64,000 nt of DNA from Trichoplax adhaerens (taxonomy: Eukaryota; Animalia; Placozoa), in assembly GCF_000150275.1 (NCBI RefSeq), contig NW_002060944.1, forward strand, positions 3,724,123-3,788,122, in the 5' to 3' direction. Of the stretch, positions 45,791-58,560 are shown piece by piece (the first letter of the stretch is position 1; each line of letters starts with the position of its first letter). A program made the translations under genes and the position numbers. The notes under the pieces are model-generated. The model was not told where the DNA came from. It searched no databases and was given only the letters and a program-made list of their open reading frames with translations.

Positions 45791-48188
45791 TTATTCTGCT
45801 TCCATGGCTACGTTTGCTTCTCCAAGAACAAAGAAAGGACCCTCTTTTACATGTTGCTGCAATTCTACATACATAGAGCCACCAAAGACCTCAATCGCAT
45901 ATTTAGATTCAGTTAATACAACAACAATGTCAAATTTGGCCTCTAAGCAGGATTTGTCTTGCTCAACTTTGCGATCTAATATGAATTCAATCATGCCCGG
46001 CTGACGACTAATATCTCTTTGTGTCCACTCAAATTGTGCTAAATTTGCTAATAATTTTAGAGCGGCACATCGAATATCTGGAAATGGTTGATTGCTTAAC
46101 TTTTGTAGCATTGAAGCAACGGAAGGATTTAATGCATCGTACCAGTCTTGAAGACCTAAAAAAGTCAACTCTACTTTATATCGCGTAAAACAAAATCTTG
46201 TTTAAGTCTTACAACAGCAGGACTAAGATCGTGGCAAATGACTGCGCTACAGGCTGTAATCGCTTTCAGTAAAGGATTAAGGTATAGGTAAAGATACAGG
46301 TGTCAAACTGATCATTTTTCTACTCAATTTACTGTAAGAGTACCACATTTGTGAATGATATAAATATTTCAGTTACGGAACAAACATCTTACAATTACAT
46401 TTCATACTATGTCTCTTACAGTACTTAGTTTATTTCGTGTCATCATCATTAGTATCGCTAGCTCCAAATATATTATAAAACTAAATTAAAATAATCTATT
46501 AAAACCAGTTTTTACAAAAGACCCATTATACTTACAGGCACAGTGGCGTACTTCATCTGGAAAATTACGATAAATTTCAGATAAGGCATCCAGAGCTCGT
46601 AAACGGGTGGAAGTGTTTTCGGTAGTAACTATTTCGCCTATTCTGCTCATGACCTTATGGATTTGTTGTTCTTTGCATATACTTAATAAGGACTGACGCC
46701 CTTGATTGCACGAAGCAATGGCTCCGAAAGTATCGAGAGCGATATTTAATATACTTTGATCTCTAGATAAGATGGAAGACACTGTGACTTCCATGAAAGT
46801 TGGATATTTTTCATTCACTTCGATAAAATTTACGGTACTTGAGGAGTGAGTTAAGTGACCATAGAATACCAATATTCCTGTTTTAAAAGTCAAATGAAAA
46901 AGTAGTAAAATGTTCAATAATTCCCATATCATAGATGAATTTAATCCTTGAGGCATGTGATGCATTTATTTTAGTACACAAACATGTACACTTAAGATCC
47001 TGCACTAGTCATAGTATCCCAAGCGTATGCTATGTGATTGATGAATAATGGTCAACAACTTTAAACGAATTTGATTGTCTAAACTTACTTTTTAAGCTAT
47101 AATAATTATAACCGTACAAATCTATTATCATCCTACAAATAACATGTACATTTTAAAATACAATTATCACAGTGATATGGTCTGTAGTAAAATAAAATAA
47201 CTGCAGATTTACAATTAAGATACTGGAAGTATACAAGCATATTGTTCAATTATTCATCCTGTATTTAAGCAATGGAAATATTCAAACAACAAACGTATTT
47301 TATCATTGTAGCAATATTATGATTAATACGATACGATGATACGATTACATACTCACTTGGTACTATAAATGATGATAGTGGGTCGTTCGCTGAGTCGACA
47401 AGTAGTTTATTTAGAGTGTATAAAATATTGAAACTTTGAAGATAATGCCAGCCAAAAGTTGTTTGCTGTAACTGAATCAAGAATTCAATGCAATTCATCC
47501 TTAAGAGCGGATCATCACTTTCTAATTCATGCATCAATTTATTTAAGATACTAGTATTCATTGACAGTGTCATCGCTCGATGTGATATAGATAAGATATT
47601 AATGAATAATTCATAAATTCGAAATCTTAAAGTATCGTTATCCCAATCTAATCTTTGAATATCGGATATAACTTCTTCATTAAAGATTAATTCAAGTCCG
47701 TCACTCTCACAACGCGCTATGGCAAGTAAGGACTTGATAGAAAATGATGCCACATTGACAAGATCATTTGATATCCCTTGATTGATAACGAGTTTAACAA
47801 AATCCTTCACTGGATCACTATAGCCTACTTTTATTGTAGCAATATGGCAAGATAGGGATAATTCACGTACACAGCTCATTTCATGCAGAATGCCAAGCAT
47901 TAATGGCTGTTTATATTGATGAAAAGTGAAATCGATCGGAGATTGATTGAAAAGCGTTTGTAATATTTGCACACATTCTCCAACAATAATACTATCGTTG
48001 ATTGATAGGCATTGAATGAGGTTATCTAATCGATGATGGTGCACCAGATCTGTGACTTCATTTTCATTCATTTGTTTTACAATAACATTTAGTCGATGAA
48101 GAACAACTAACTTATCGTCAGAAGCTGGCAACTCATGGAGGACTTTATTAGCTTGCATTTCTAGCGACATGTTGAAACTTGGTTGCAT
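45791..48188 (-). CDS. PSMD5: 26S proteasome non-ATPase regulatory subunit 5 (S5b/Hsm3-type assembly chaperone)
   Basis: HEAT/ARM-like helical exons 48188-47357, 46877-~46540 and ~46155-45791. Motifs LRFRIYELFINI, ELESDDPLLRMNCIE, IALDTFGAIASCNQGR, QPFPDIRCAALK, PGMIEFILDRKVEQDK and EGPFFV...VAMEAE* resemble metazoan PSMD5. The exon 2/3 junction and the start Met (48188 vs 48170) are unresolved. Confidence 0.88.
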
Positions 48189-48289
48189 TGATGATGCAGA
48201 CTACCGTCGAGCACAGTATTAAGGATACCTACCGATGCATGGCATCATGTCCATATCAAGTAAGTACTTGTGGTCCATGACGGCCCTAC

Positions 48290-49580
48290 GTATAGTACTG
48301 TATCTCGACTAGAATACTGTACTGTATGTTAGAATCTAGGATTGTCCTCTGCAGCACTATACTGTACAGTATGTCAGGAAGTCGGTCTGGCAGTCAACTC
48401 AGAAGCTTGCAGAGGGTTTTGGTTCGGTGAAAACTGGTACAGGAATGAAAGAATTTGCAGTGCAATATTTATAAAACAGCTTTGCATAAGCGTGTTATGT
48501 ATGATAGATAGACTGGTAATGTCTAGGAATTAGGGCAGACATATTGCATAGCTGCCTAACTGAGAAGATAATCGTATAATACTAATACCGTAGCTGTATT
48601 GATACGTTCACTAGTAATTTACTAATATGTATGTAATATATATTTATATCACTTGTGGGAAAGGCAACCCAGAATAAAGAAGTGGACTCCACGCATTAAG
48701 CTACTTTGCAGTGTCTAACCGAGTATTGCATGATTGACCTAGGGTCGCGATAGAGAACATAACGAAGAGTAGCATCGATAATTATTATAATTATTAGTAT
48801 AGATCAGTGTCGAAAATTTGTATTAAGGTAAACAGTCGATATACGTAAGGTAACAACTCGATATTGATGGAGGAGGCAGTGAAAGATGCTAGAGCACAGA
48901 GTCTACCTATTGCATACTCGATTACTCATTCTGTGTACTGTATACTGTATAGAAAATGGTTTTCTCAGAGGGTAAAGGCGGTTTTGCTGTAAACTACTAA
49001 CATGACAATAAATCAATCGATGTTGAGGTAGTACAAGTAAAATAAATACTAAGTAGATTCACTTTATCAAGTCGTCTGCTCATACAGTTGCAACAATTTC
49101 GTTTCTATTCAAGCAGGCAAATAGCGTACTCAATCACTTTCTAAAATGGCCTCTCAAAACATCCATAGCCACTCTTCGTCTTCCAACTATTTCCATTATG
49201 GTTCTTTAGTACCAAGCATGATCACATGACATTCTCGTGGAAGACAAAATCTAGGCATCGTCATGGACCTCCACAATCCCGAACCTCTAGAGAATGATAC
49301 CTCTACGCTCTAGCAATATAGGACTCATGCTGCGGGATTAATTAATATAACCTATATGTCGTTTACCGTATTGATAGTCGATCATTTTGCAAAATGATCG
49401 ATTCTAATTTTCTACAAGGTAAACGACATACTGTATATATATAACATATAGACATAGCAATTGAAAAAGATAGTAGTACCCATGGTAGTATCGTTCAGTA
49501 TGGACAGTGCTGTGTCGTACCTTGGCATATAGTACTTGTACTGGTCTACTGTTCACTTCCGTGTACTGGGTACAGCCGTA
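48290..49580. promoter_or_regulatory. Divergent promoter region (PSMD5 / DPP7) with smaller TACAG/TACTG clusters next to each gene start
   Basis: Clusters at ~48290-48375 (TAGTACTGTA, TACTGTACTGTA, TACTGTACAGTA) and a weaker one at ~49495-49575, with a CACTTCCG ETS-like site at ~49554. Confidence 0.55.
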
Positions 49581-49632
49581 GCTTAAAGTAACCTGTCAAG
49601 CTTGACTAAAGCCATTCTCAAGTTAGCAAGTC

Positions 49633-52600
49633 ATGGCCATGGCTGCGTTAAAGTGCATTCGCGGACTTGTTCTAAGTCTCGTCATCATCACTCTGCTAGC
49701 ACAGGGTACTCAAGCCGCTGTAAAATATAAAACTAAATACTTCGATCAAATTATTGACCACTTTGATTGGAAAAGCAATGCAACGTACCGACAGAGATAC
49801 TTAATGAACGGTAAGGAATAGCTTGTGATTGGCTTGGCACTTTGCAAAACTTGTTCTCGACTAATTTTTATACTGGCCTAGTGTGCTGCCGAGATACTTC
49901 GACGGCATCATCATCATGTACTGATGTTATAGGCATATCGCATGGTTGCAAGCTCTGTACAAGTGTACATGGCATCAGTTGATACTGTTCCATAGATATT
50001 CGTACAATCCATCTCCACCGATGAGCCCTAATCTAAACACAATCTGCGTGAAACATGTTGCTATTGTTTCCACTGAGTGTCCATCTTTGCAAACAAGTTA
50101 TTAGATGATAATCATACTTCATTCTGTTATTAAGCTGATCTTCGATAGAATGCGATCCACCTTAATTAAGACAATATACTGTACTTATGCTAATCTAATC
50201 TACAGCTTTGATTGACTGGAATATGATAAGATTGATGAGCTATCATTTGACACAATCATGTGTGTATCATAGTACGAAAATGATGAAGAAACATCAGTTG
50301 CACTACTGTGTAAGTGTGTAGGAGACTCTTAAAGTCTACCTATACTGTATACTACCTAACGGCAGTTGTAGAGACATAGACAATATATTGCTCTACGTTA
50401 GCAACGAGGCTCGGAGAGTATTCATCATTAAAATTTCATTCGTTAGTGTATAGTTAAGGTACGTGTTAGGCTTGATGGTAAACGTTAATACTAATTCTTC
50501 AGGTCCAAACCTTAAACTAATCTAATTAACTTACTACGAGTATACACGGTACATCCAATCATGAATTAAAGTATATGAGAGAAGTATTGTACCACATACA
50601 TCTGAAGTTGTAAAGTACTATATGTATATATAGTATATATAACATATATATTAAGAACCATATACTATAGTACGATAGAGACTTAATGCTGTTATTGAAA
50701 TTGTGAAATTGAACTCGATCGCTTTCATCATCTTATTTCGTATACCGTTATTCGAATCCTACAGGATTGTATCACGCGCATAGTCCATACTGTACCAGAT
50801 GATGGTACTAACTTTTTCAATTTTGCTTCCTATATATTATATATATAGATGATCATTGGGATAAAGGTACTGGACCAATCTTTTTTTATACTGGTAATGA
50901 AGGTGGCATTGTCGGGTTCTGGCAAAACAGCGGATTATTGTTTGATTTAGCACCGCAATTTCGTGCTTTGATTGTATTTGGCGAGCACGTAAGTACTAGG
51001 CAGTTTGTTGAAAGTACTGTAGCTTCCGTAACGATAACATCTGATTTAGTATAAAATTAATACCCAGTCCTAGTAATGATGCTTCTGTAGTTCGGCTATT
51101 AAGGCTGCAGTTAGCTCTGGACTACTACTGAGAAATTCCATTACGGCTTTTTAAAGTTGCTTATACTTCCAGTTACGAAGCAGTATGTCACGCTTTAGTT
51201 ATTCAATCAAACCTATACTGTTATAACAGTAGAGATAGCTCCTTAGCATCTAAAGCCAGACCTAAGTAGCTCTAAATGATACTTTAAAAACCATAATGAT
51301 CATTAAAATTGGAGAAAATTTAGGTCATATACGTACTATTGAGTAAAATAATTTAATGTAGCTTATGTACATCATAACTTTGTGTTATTCCTTTGTACAT
51401 TCGTACTATATTATTGACTTATGTAATAAGCATTATACACTTTTCTCAAGCGCTATTACGGGAAATCTCTGCCATTTGGAAAGGATTCCTTCAAACCAAA
51501 GAATCTAGGATTGTTAACATCAGAGCAAGCCTTAGCTGACTACGCTGTCCTCTTGACTAGCCTAAAGAAATCATTAAATGCTAATAAATGCAAAGTTGTC
51601 GCTTTCGGAGGCAGTTATGGTGGAATGTTAACTGCTTGGATGAGACTGAAATACCCTAACATTATTGATGCTGGACTAGCCGCGAGCGCTCCACTTTACA
51701 TGGCAGGTGGAGTTGTTTCCCCAAACTTCTTCTTTCCAGCAGTAACCAAGGTATCTTTAGCAAGAAATAGAACTAATGTATCGTATTGGCCAATGATTAA
51801 TAATCCGATAAATGTAAACTATGTATAGTATAATGCTTTTAAAAAGTTGTCGGTCCAAGTAAAAACTTCATATATTATTCAGTATATTGAATAGTAAATA
51901 ATTTGACTATACTGATACAGCGCAGTAGTACTACCCTGAACTTTATCTTCTCGATAAATACTATACAGCAAAACAGTTTTCACATTTTATCTCTGTAGAA
52001 TAAATTGCGATATCAAGTTGATTCCGATTATCTAGATCGCCATTATTATAAGGTTAACGTGTATGCAAAACTTCGAAATAAATATTTCCATTACTAGAAA
52101 CAGTAACGATCTTAAACCTCTACGATAGATTACTTGTTACCACAATAAGAAATCATAGCGTGTATAGTGTCTCTCCACATAAAAAATAGTTAGGCAATTT
52201 GTCCGTGTTTATTCTTATTTACCCCGTTTAGACGCTAATCATTTGCATTTTATGGCGACTGTGCAGCGATTTATTATAGTAAAAAAGGATTGTTGCTAAA
52301 TTTAATAACTATACGCAGATTTGACTAAAATTACAGTAATTTTTCTATAGGATTACCAAGATGCGAATCCTAAATGTGTTCCTAATATCCGAAAAGCATT
52401 TAGCGCTGTGCTAGAAATGGCAAAGTCCAAAAGTGGTAAGAGTAGTAATTGATATTGGATATAGTGATTGTCTACGAATGCATTACTGATTTGGTAAACG
52501 AATATTACTAGGTAAGCAAAAAGTCGCTAAAATTTTCAATGTCTGCAACAAGCTGAAGACCTCTGCTGATGTTAGTCATTCCTATAGTAACAGTATCTTG

Positions 52601-54094
52601 CAAATCATACTTGACTAAAATGCTTGAATTATACAAACTTTCATAATATCGAATCGATTCAAATGCGTTAGGTTAAACAATTAATTGGATGGATTCGAAA
52701 CGGTTTTGTTTCCATGGCTATGGGAGATTACCCTTATCCAGCATCCTTTTTTGGTCCACTTCCTGCATTTCCTGTTAATGTATGAAACCTATTGCATAGC
52801 TGCCTTCTAAGCAGTATTCAACTCAATAATGAAAGAATCAATCCAACTATTAGGATAACATCGTAGTTTGTTTTATTCAATGTAGGCTTCCTGCAAATAT
52901 ATAGTAAATGCTAGCCACCCTATACAAGGAATGGCTAAAGCTATGAGTAAGTAAATTTGCAAAGTCCTGTACAATTCTTAACTTTACTAGCTTGTAGAAA
53001 TAGACCATGACTTTCGGTCAACTTACAAATCTCTTGTAATGGTTTATTTATCACATAAGAGCTTTTTTATGGAAGCAAAAAATGTCATGATATCTACAAA
53101 CAGTACGTGCACTGTGCAGACCCAACAGGATGCGGAACAGGTGCCTCTGCTATACCTTGGGATTATCAGGTAATGTTAGACTTGCTTCGAAATATGCTAT
53201 GCTACATTTCAGTTTAGTAAATAAGACAAATTCTTAATGATTTTGCAATTTGATGTTCACTCTATCTAGGCTTGCACTGAAATCCTTCTTCCTGGTAGTA
53301 CAAATAATAAAACTGACATGTTTCCACCGATACCCTTTACATCCAAAATAAGAAAGCAGTATTGCCTTAAAAAGTATGGCGTCACGCCAAGGCCTAACTG
53401 GGTTGCAACTCAATTTTGGGCAAACCGTAAGATCTTTGGATTGAGCTTACTTTCTTCTTTAGTATTCCAAATAGCATTTAGTAATTTGCTCGAGTTCATA
53501 AACAAATCTATTTGAAATTTGATAATGAATACTCTCTGAATTCAGGACTAAAAGGAGCGAGCAATATTATCTTCTCGAATGGAAATCTGGATCCATGGAA
53601 GAATGGCGGCGTAAGTATTATACTATATAAACAATAATTAAGTATATTATTCGCAACATCTTCAATTACTTTAGAGACTCATAATTTTGATATTTACTCT
53701 TACTGATACCATTAAATGCAAATCGTGTTATGCTTCAATTTTATCAGAATAATCTTGTATGGCCAGTAGCTTGAAAATAGTCCTGTCTAGATATTTGGGA
53801 TAATGTTGTAAACCATCGATTCTTTTGTACGTTTGTATGATCATAGATCTTAAAGTCCCCATCATCTAGCCTAGTCGCTATCCAGATTCCCCACGGAGCT
53901 CATCATCTGGATCTCAGGTAAAGATATTATACAGCTATTATGAGGATGTTCGTGTAAGTAGTAAAAATTTTCACTTACTTACTTTTATATTTTTATTGAA
54001 TACTATTAGAGGTAAAAATAAAAATGACCCTGCATCTGTTATTAAAGCAAGGAAAATGGAAGCTAAATTGATAAAGAAATGGATTAGCAGTTAA
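49633..54094 (+). CDS. DPP7: Dipeptidyl peptidase 2/7 (serine carboxypeptidase family S28), ~12 exons
   Basis: Signal peptide, then YFDQIIDHF, GPIFFYTGNEG and EHRYYGKSLPFG. Catalytic residues: nucleophile motif GGSYGG, Asp in NGNLDPW, His in GAHHLDLR. CADPTGCGTG...WDYQACTEI favours DPP7 over PRCP. TAA at 54092-54094. Confidence 0.93.
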
Positions 54095-57000
54095 ATCATG
54101 AACAACGTTCATTGAATTTGTACGTAAAATGAATATACTCTACGTTTAGATTGAAACCCTTTAGATTTTTATGTAGCATAAGCACATAGCACGATAGTAC
54201 TTTTATGAGATACAAATTTAGAAAACGGCTTATAATAGTCTTTGATAATATCTGCAGTCTTGATCATAGATACAACCATTTCATTTTAATTGATTTATAT
54301 TCCGATTAATTGCTAGTTGCACCAGCTATATACCGGGATATATGTATATTTACTTGTTCTTATGCTAAATGAAAAATAAAATAGTCTTAAATTTCCATGT
54401 TAGATTGAATCCATTTTAAAAGCTACCCTCAACACCATTCTTAACTTCAATTTCATTTTCTGCGTTAATAGAAGTTTTAAGTTAGTCAACCTTATAAAGC
54501 ATATTCGTTATTTTGATATGAAACCAAAATGGGTGATAACTGACGAGGATCTCGCGAAAATTTTATCACCAATCCTGGTAGCAACATAGAATTAGAAAAT
54601 TTCACTATACGTGAAACAGTTGCTTACAAGCATTCTTGCTAAATCTCGAAACGTTAATACCACATGCACTGTTCTGCTATCAAAGTTGACGTAATAATGT
54701 TCAGTTAACATTTTCACTAGCTAGTGATGACACATAATATAGTAGTAATAGATCATCTTGCGATTTGAAAATTGACTGAAATTACGCATTTGATAAGTTA
54801 ATAAATCCGAATGTAGTTCTCTGTAGTTCTCATTGATACTACACTTTTGAAGCACAGTATATGACAAAAGTAATGTTGAGATAAATAATTTAATTTGATA
54901 TTTACGATTAATTGCAATTGAACTTATGCGCATTTAGCTTCATTATCTGGACTCATTAGTAGTTCTTTCTTATTCTTCCTAAAGTAGTTGTTGGTCTTCT
55001 GTTTTGCTAGTGCATTACATTACAATTGTACGACTACAATAGCTACCGTCAATGCAGCCATTTCGCTAATTTATTGAAAGATGGCAATCATACCCGTAAA
55101 GCTAATAATTCTACGCGTATTATCATATTAAAACAACTAATTTAGAGTGTTCTTATAACGAAAGGGCCTTCAATTTTATTTCGTCACTAACAGCTTCAAT
55201 CAAAGGAAGCCCGTACTTGTAAACCCTTCTAAATTGTGATGAATACGAGTGTTCTATTAATATATATACATACTGCAATTCTTTATTTTTTATAAATTTT
55301 AGCCTTTATATCTTCAAACAAGATGGAAATTTTGATTTTACTGACAATTAAAATAAAAAGCAGAGTAATTCCTATCAACAAACTAATTTAATTCAAAGCA
55401 CACTATCTATATTTCTATACTTTAGTACAGCTAACTTCAGAAGCAATAAATACTGATCTATAAATAATGTAAAGAAGAGCTAATATGATATTCAGACGAA
55501 TAATTTAACTTTTGCTGTCACATAATATTCAAATTAATTTACCGGAAAAATAATGGTTTGATATTTTTCACCATTTTGGAAATACTAAATTACAACATCA
55601 CTACTTTTATTAGTGACCATAAATAGCATTCTCGACACTTTAATGTTTAGTTTGATTGAAATTTTTTCCATTTATTGTATGGCATGAATTAGTGGATTCC
55701 CTTGATATAATAGAATCGAAATAAAATGGTGTATTATATCATGTAAAAACAACTACGACATGTTAGTCTAGACTTCTTAACTCATGTTTCCTTTCGTTAA
55801 AATCTTAGCCTTTTAAAATCATAATAAAGTCTATCTAACAATTAATTAATTGAATAGTAATACAATTTGAACAGGCACATTAATGACGTCAAGGCTAAGA
55901 TAGAATAAAAAATTGACAATGACCGTTCATAAACCTTTTTTGTGACGTAAATAATATTAAAATTGGTATTTAATCTATTCAAAGAAACCTAGTATTGACT
56001 TAATCATATTTGATAAAATTTGTACTCGTTTTATTTTTCGAATCTATTTTGATCTTGTAGATAATAGCTATGATTTTAAATAAAAGTAAACAGCTATTTA
56101 AGATGATTTTATTAACGCGACTACATTCAAACCAATAATTAATTAAAGTGAATAATTTTTGCTATAGAAAGGATGTTCTAAAATTATATTATATACGGCT
56201 TCTTTAATCTTAGTAACATACAAATACTGAATACATTATTAGTATATAACTTAAAACCTATATTTTATCAATTATAATTTCTATACTATAAGTGATCAAA
56301 GCAATATCATAGTAATGTGTGCTTACTTTTACGGATATAATTTACTCTGTAGATTCTTTTCACCATTCAACCTGATATTCAACTGGAAACATCAAAATAT
56401 GCTACAAAATAATTTTAAAGGCGGATAATTTATCTACTGACTGTATTAGCAAATGATCACATAAGATTTAAGTATTTGCCTTTAATTAGAGTTTAAAGGC
56501 CATGATGATTCTGATTTCGATAATCTTTATATTCCAACATCTTTTGAACCAAATTTAGAAAAATAGAGGCAAGAATTTTATTCCTTGACACAAGAATATG
56601 AGTTAGATTTAAGCTAAAAAAATTTATTGTTCTTTAATACAGTCTAATTTTATAGTATAGTACGAATAAATTATCCTATTCAAAAAGACGTAAACTTTCC
56701 GATGTGGCGATTAATTTTGTAAAGATGAGAATTGATAGTCTTGACGTTACTAGTATATCTTTATATCCCGTGTCATGTCATTAGTGAATAAAATAAATTT
56801 AAACGTTGTTTCTATCATTTTACCATCCTACTGTTACTGTGTTACCTTAACGTTAGGACAGTTTAATAGTACAGCAGTAGCTCATGTGCAAAATATTCCT
56901 ATTTGTAGTGCTAGTTAAGATAAGTAATGCTTTAATGTGGATATTATTTGCTATAGTTCACAACATATTTGATATTAATTGTTATTATATGCTAATAGTA

Positions 57001-57560
57001 GTAAGGTGATTCAAGTTCTAGCTAATGATAGTCGAACTAGGTAGCATACATGCTTAGATTAAGATTAAGTATTTACTGATAGAAAAGCTATGTAATGAAT
57101 ATCTCAGTTTGAGATGACTCTTCTAGTCGTCATCATATTATAAAAGTAGCAGCGGCTTAGCCAGTACTGTATAGTTTTATTCTACTTATACTGTAGTACG
57201 CGAAGTATAATAAGCGAGGAATTTACTATTAATGTCTGATAATAATAATACCCTTACTGTTTACAAGTCATAGACGGTTCCTATATAAATGGGAATATTT
57301 TAAGTTAAATTAAGTTATGAAAAATTGTAGATGTGTCTAAGCTAATAGAAGTTCTATCGTTACGGTACTTTGCTGCCAGTGTTTAACGTCTAGTAAAATA
57401 GCATTTAAGACAGTAGTTACCTATAGACATTTACTTTACGTTTCCTCGTCGCAGAGTTTAAATTATGACACCTACTAATAATAGTCATTTGTTTAGAGTA
57501 TACTAAATGACAATTACCTCATCATCGTCTAACATTAGTATCATATAATGGTATTTAACG

Positions 57561-58560
57561 CTAGTGGTAACTACTATTCATGTATTGTAACAGAAAAATT
57601 AAATCAGGTACGTAATTACTAATCAATTTAAGCAGACAGAACGGAAGGTAGTCATCAAGAAATTTCGTCTTTAGTGTATTTGTGAACGGGGTAAATGAAT
57701 AGCCTACCTGTAACATATTAATGAACAGATTTATTTTTAAAGAACTTACCAGTATTGACAATTGCAATCAGCGTTCATCAAGGGTGAAACTCTCAATCAT
57801 AACGTCAAGAATGGTATACAAGTGTGTTCACAACAACAGGAAGGGAAATTGCTGTTGTCTTTTAACAAATTATATTTCAACCTTTACTTGCTTAACTTCT
57901 TGGTAAAATAGTCGTGACTCCTATTATTGCTGAAATATTATTCTTAGCCAAGGATTGAACAGATGTTGCTATCATTACGTCTACAAAATTATTGACAGTA
58001 TCACTTCCTGTGGTAAAATCTCCATAAAAATACCTTGCAAGTATTGCAATAATTAAATTATTTAGAGATTAAAAAGTTTTTCGACATCAGGAGGTAGATA
58101 TAATGCAACTAAAGTCAACTATTGCATTTATTAAATTTGGCTAGTTATAATTATTGAAAGTAGCTTGAGAGATTGATTACTTTCGAATTACTTAAAATAT
58201 ATGATTGCAAATAAAATGTGTGGGTTAAGGACTTTCTTTCATCGTCTTCTAGTCAAACAAAATCAATCAGCTACGATATTGGTAATATAATCGATATTGA
58301 TTTAAGATTTCCCAAATTGTTACACCAAGGTAACTGCTTCTGATGGATTTTTTTAAAACAATTTTCCAATGAAATAGCGGATCCCTCTTGCATATGTACC
58401 TGTATATCTTGAAATCCTATCTCCCTCAATCTTCTCATTTCAACAATACTCGTATAAGAAAAAATACGTAAATCGCTCTTCTTTCATGTTGTAATTAGAT
58501 TTTCTATCGATTCAAGTGAAGTATTATGTTATGTTTGTGCATCATTTACCTGACAATATT
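57561..58560 (-). pseudogene. Possible decayed multi-exon gene remnant
   Basis: Several good minus-strand splice signals (donors ~58548 and ~57749; acceptors ~58400 and ~57707) flank protein-like but stop-interrupted segments such as YFYGDFTTGSDTVNNFVDVMIATSVQSLAKNNISAIIG. Confidence 0.25.

Noticed and set aside
49633-54094. Alternative call as PRCP (lysosomal Pro-X carboxypeptidase)
   Set aside because: Same S28 family, but the CADPTGCGTG insertion before WDYQACTE matches DPP7.
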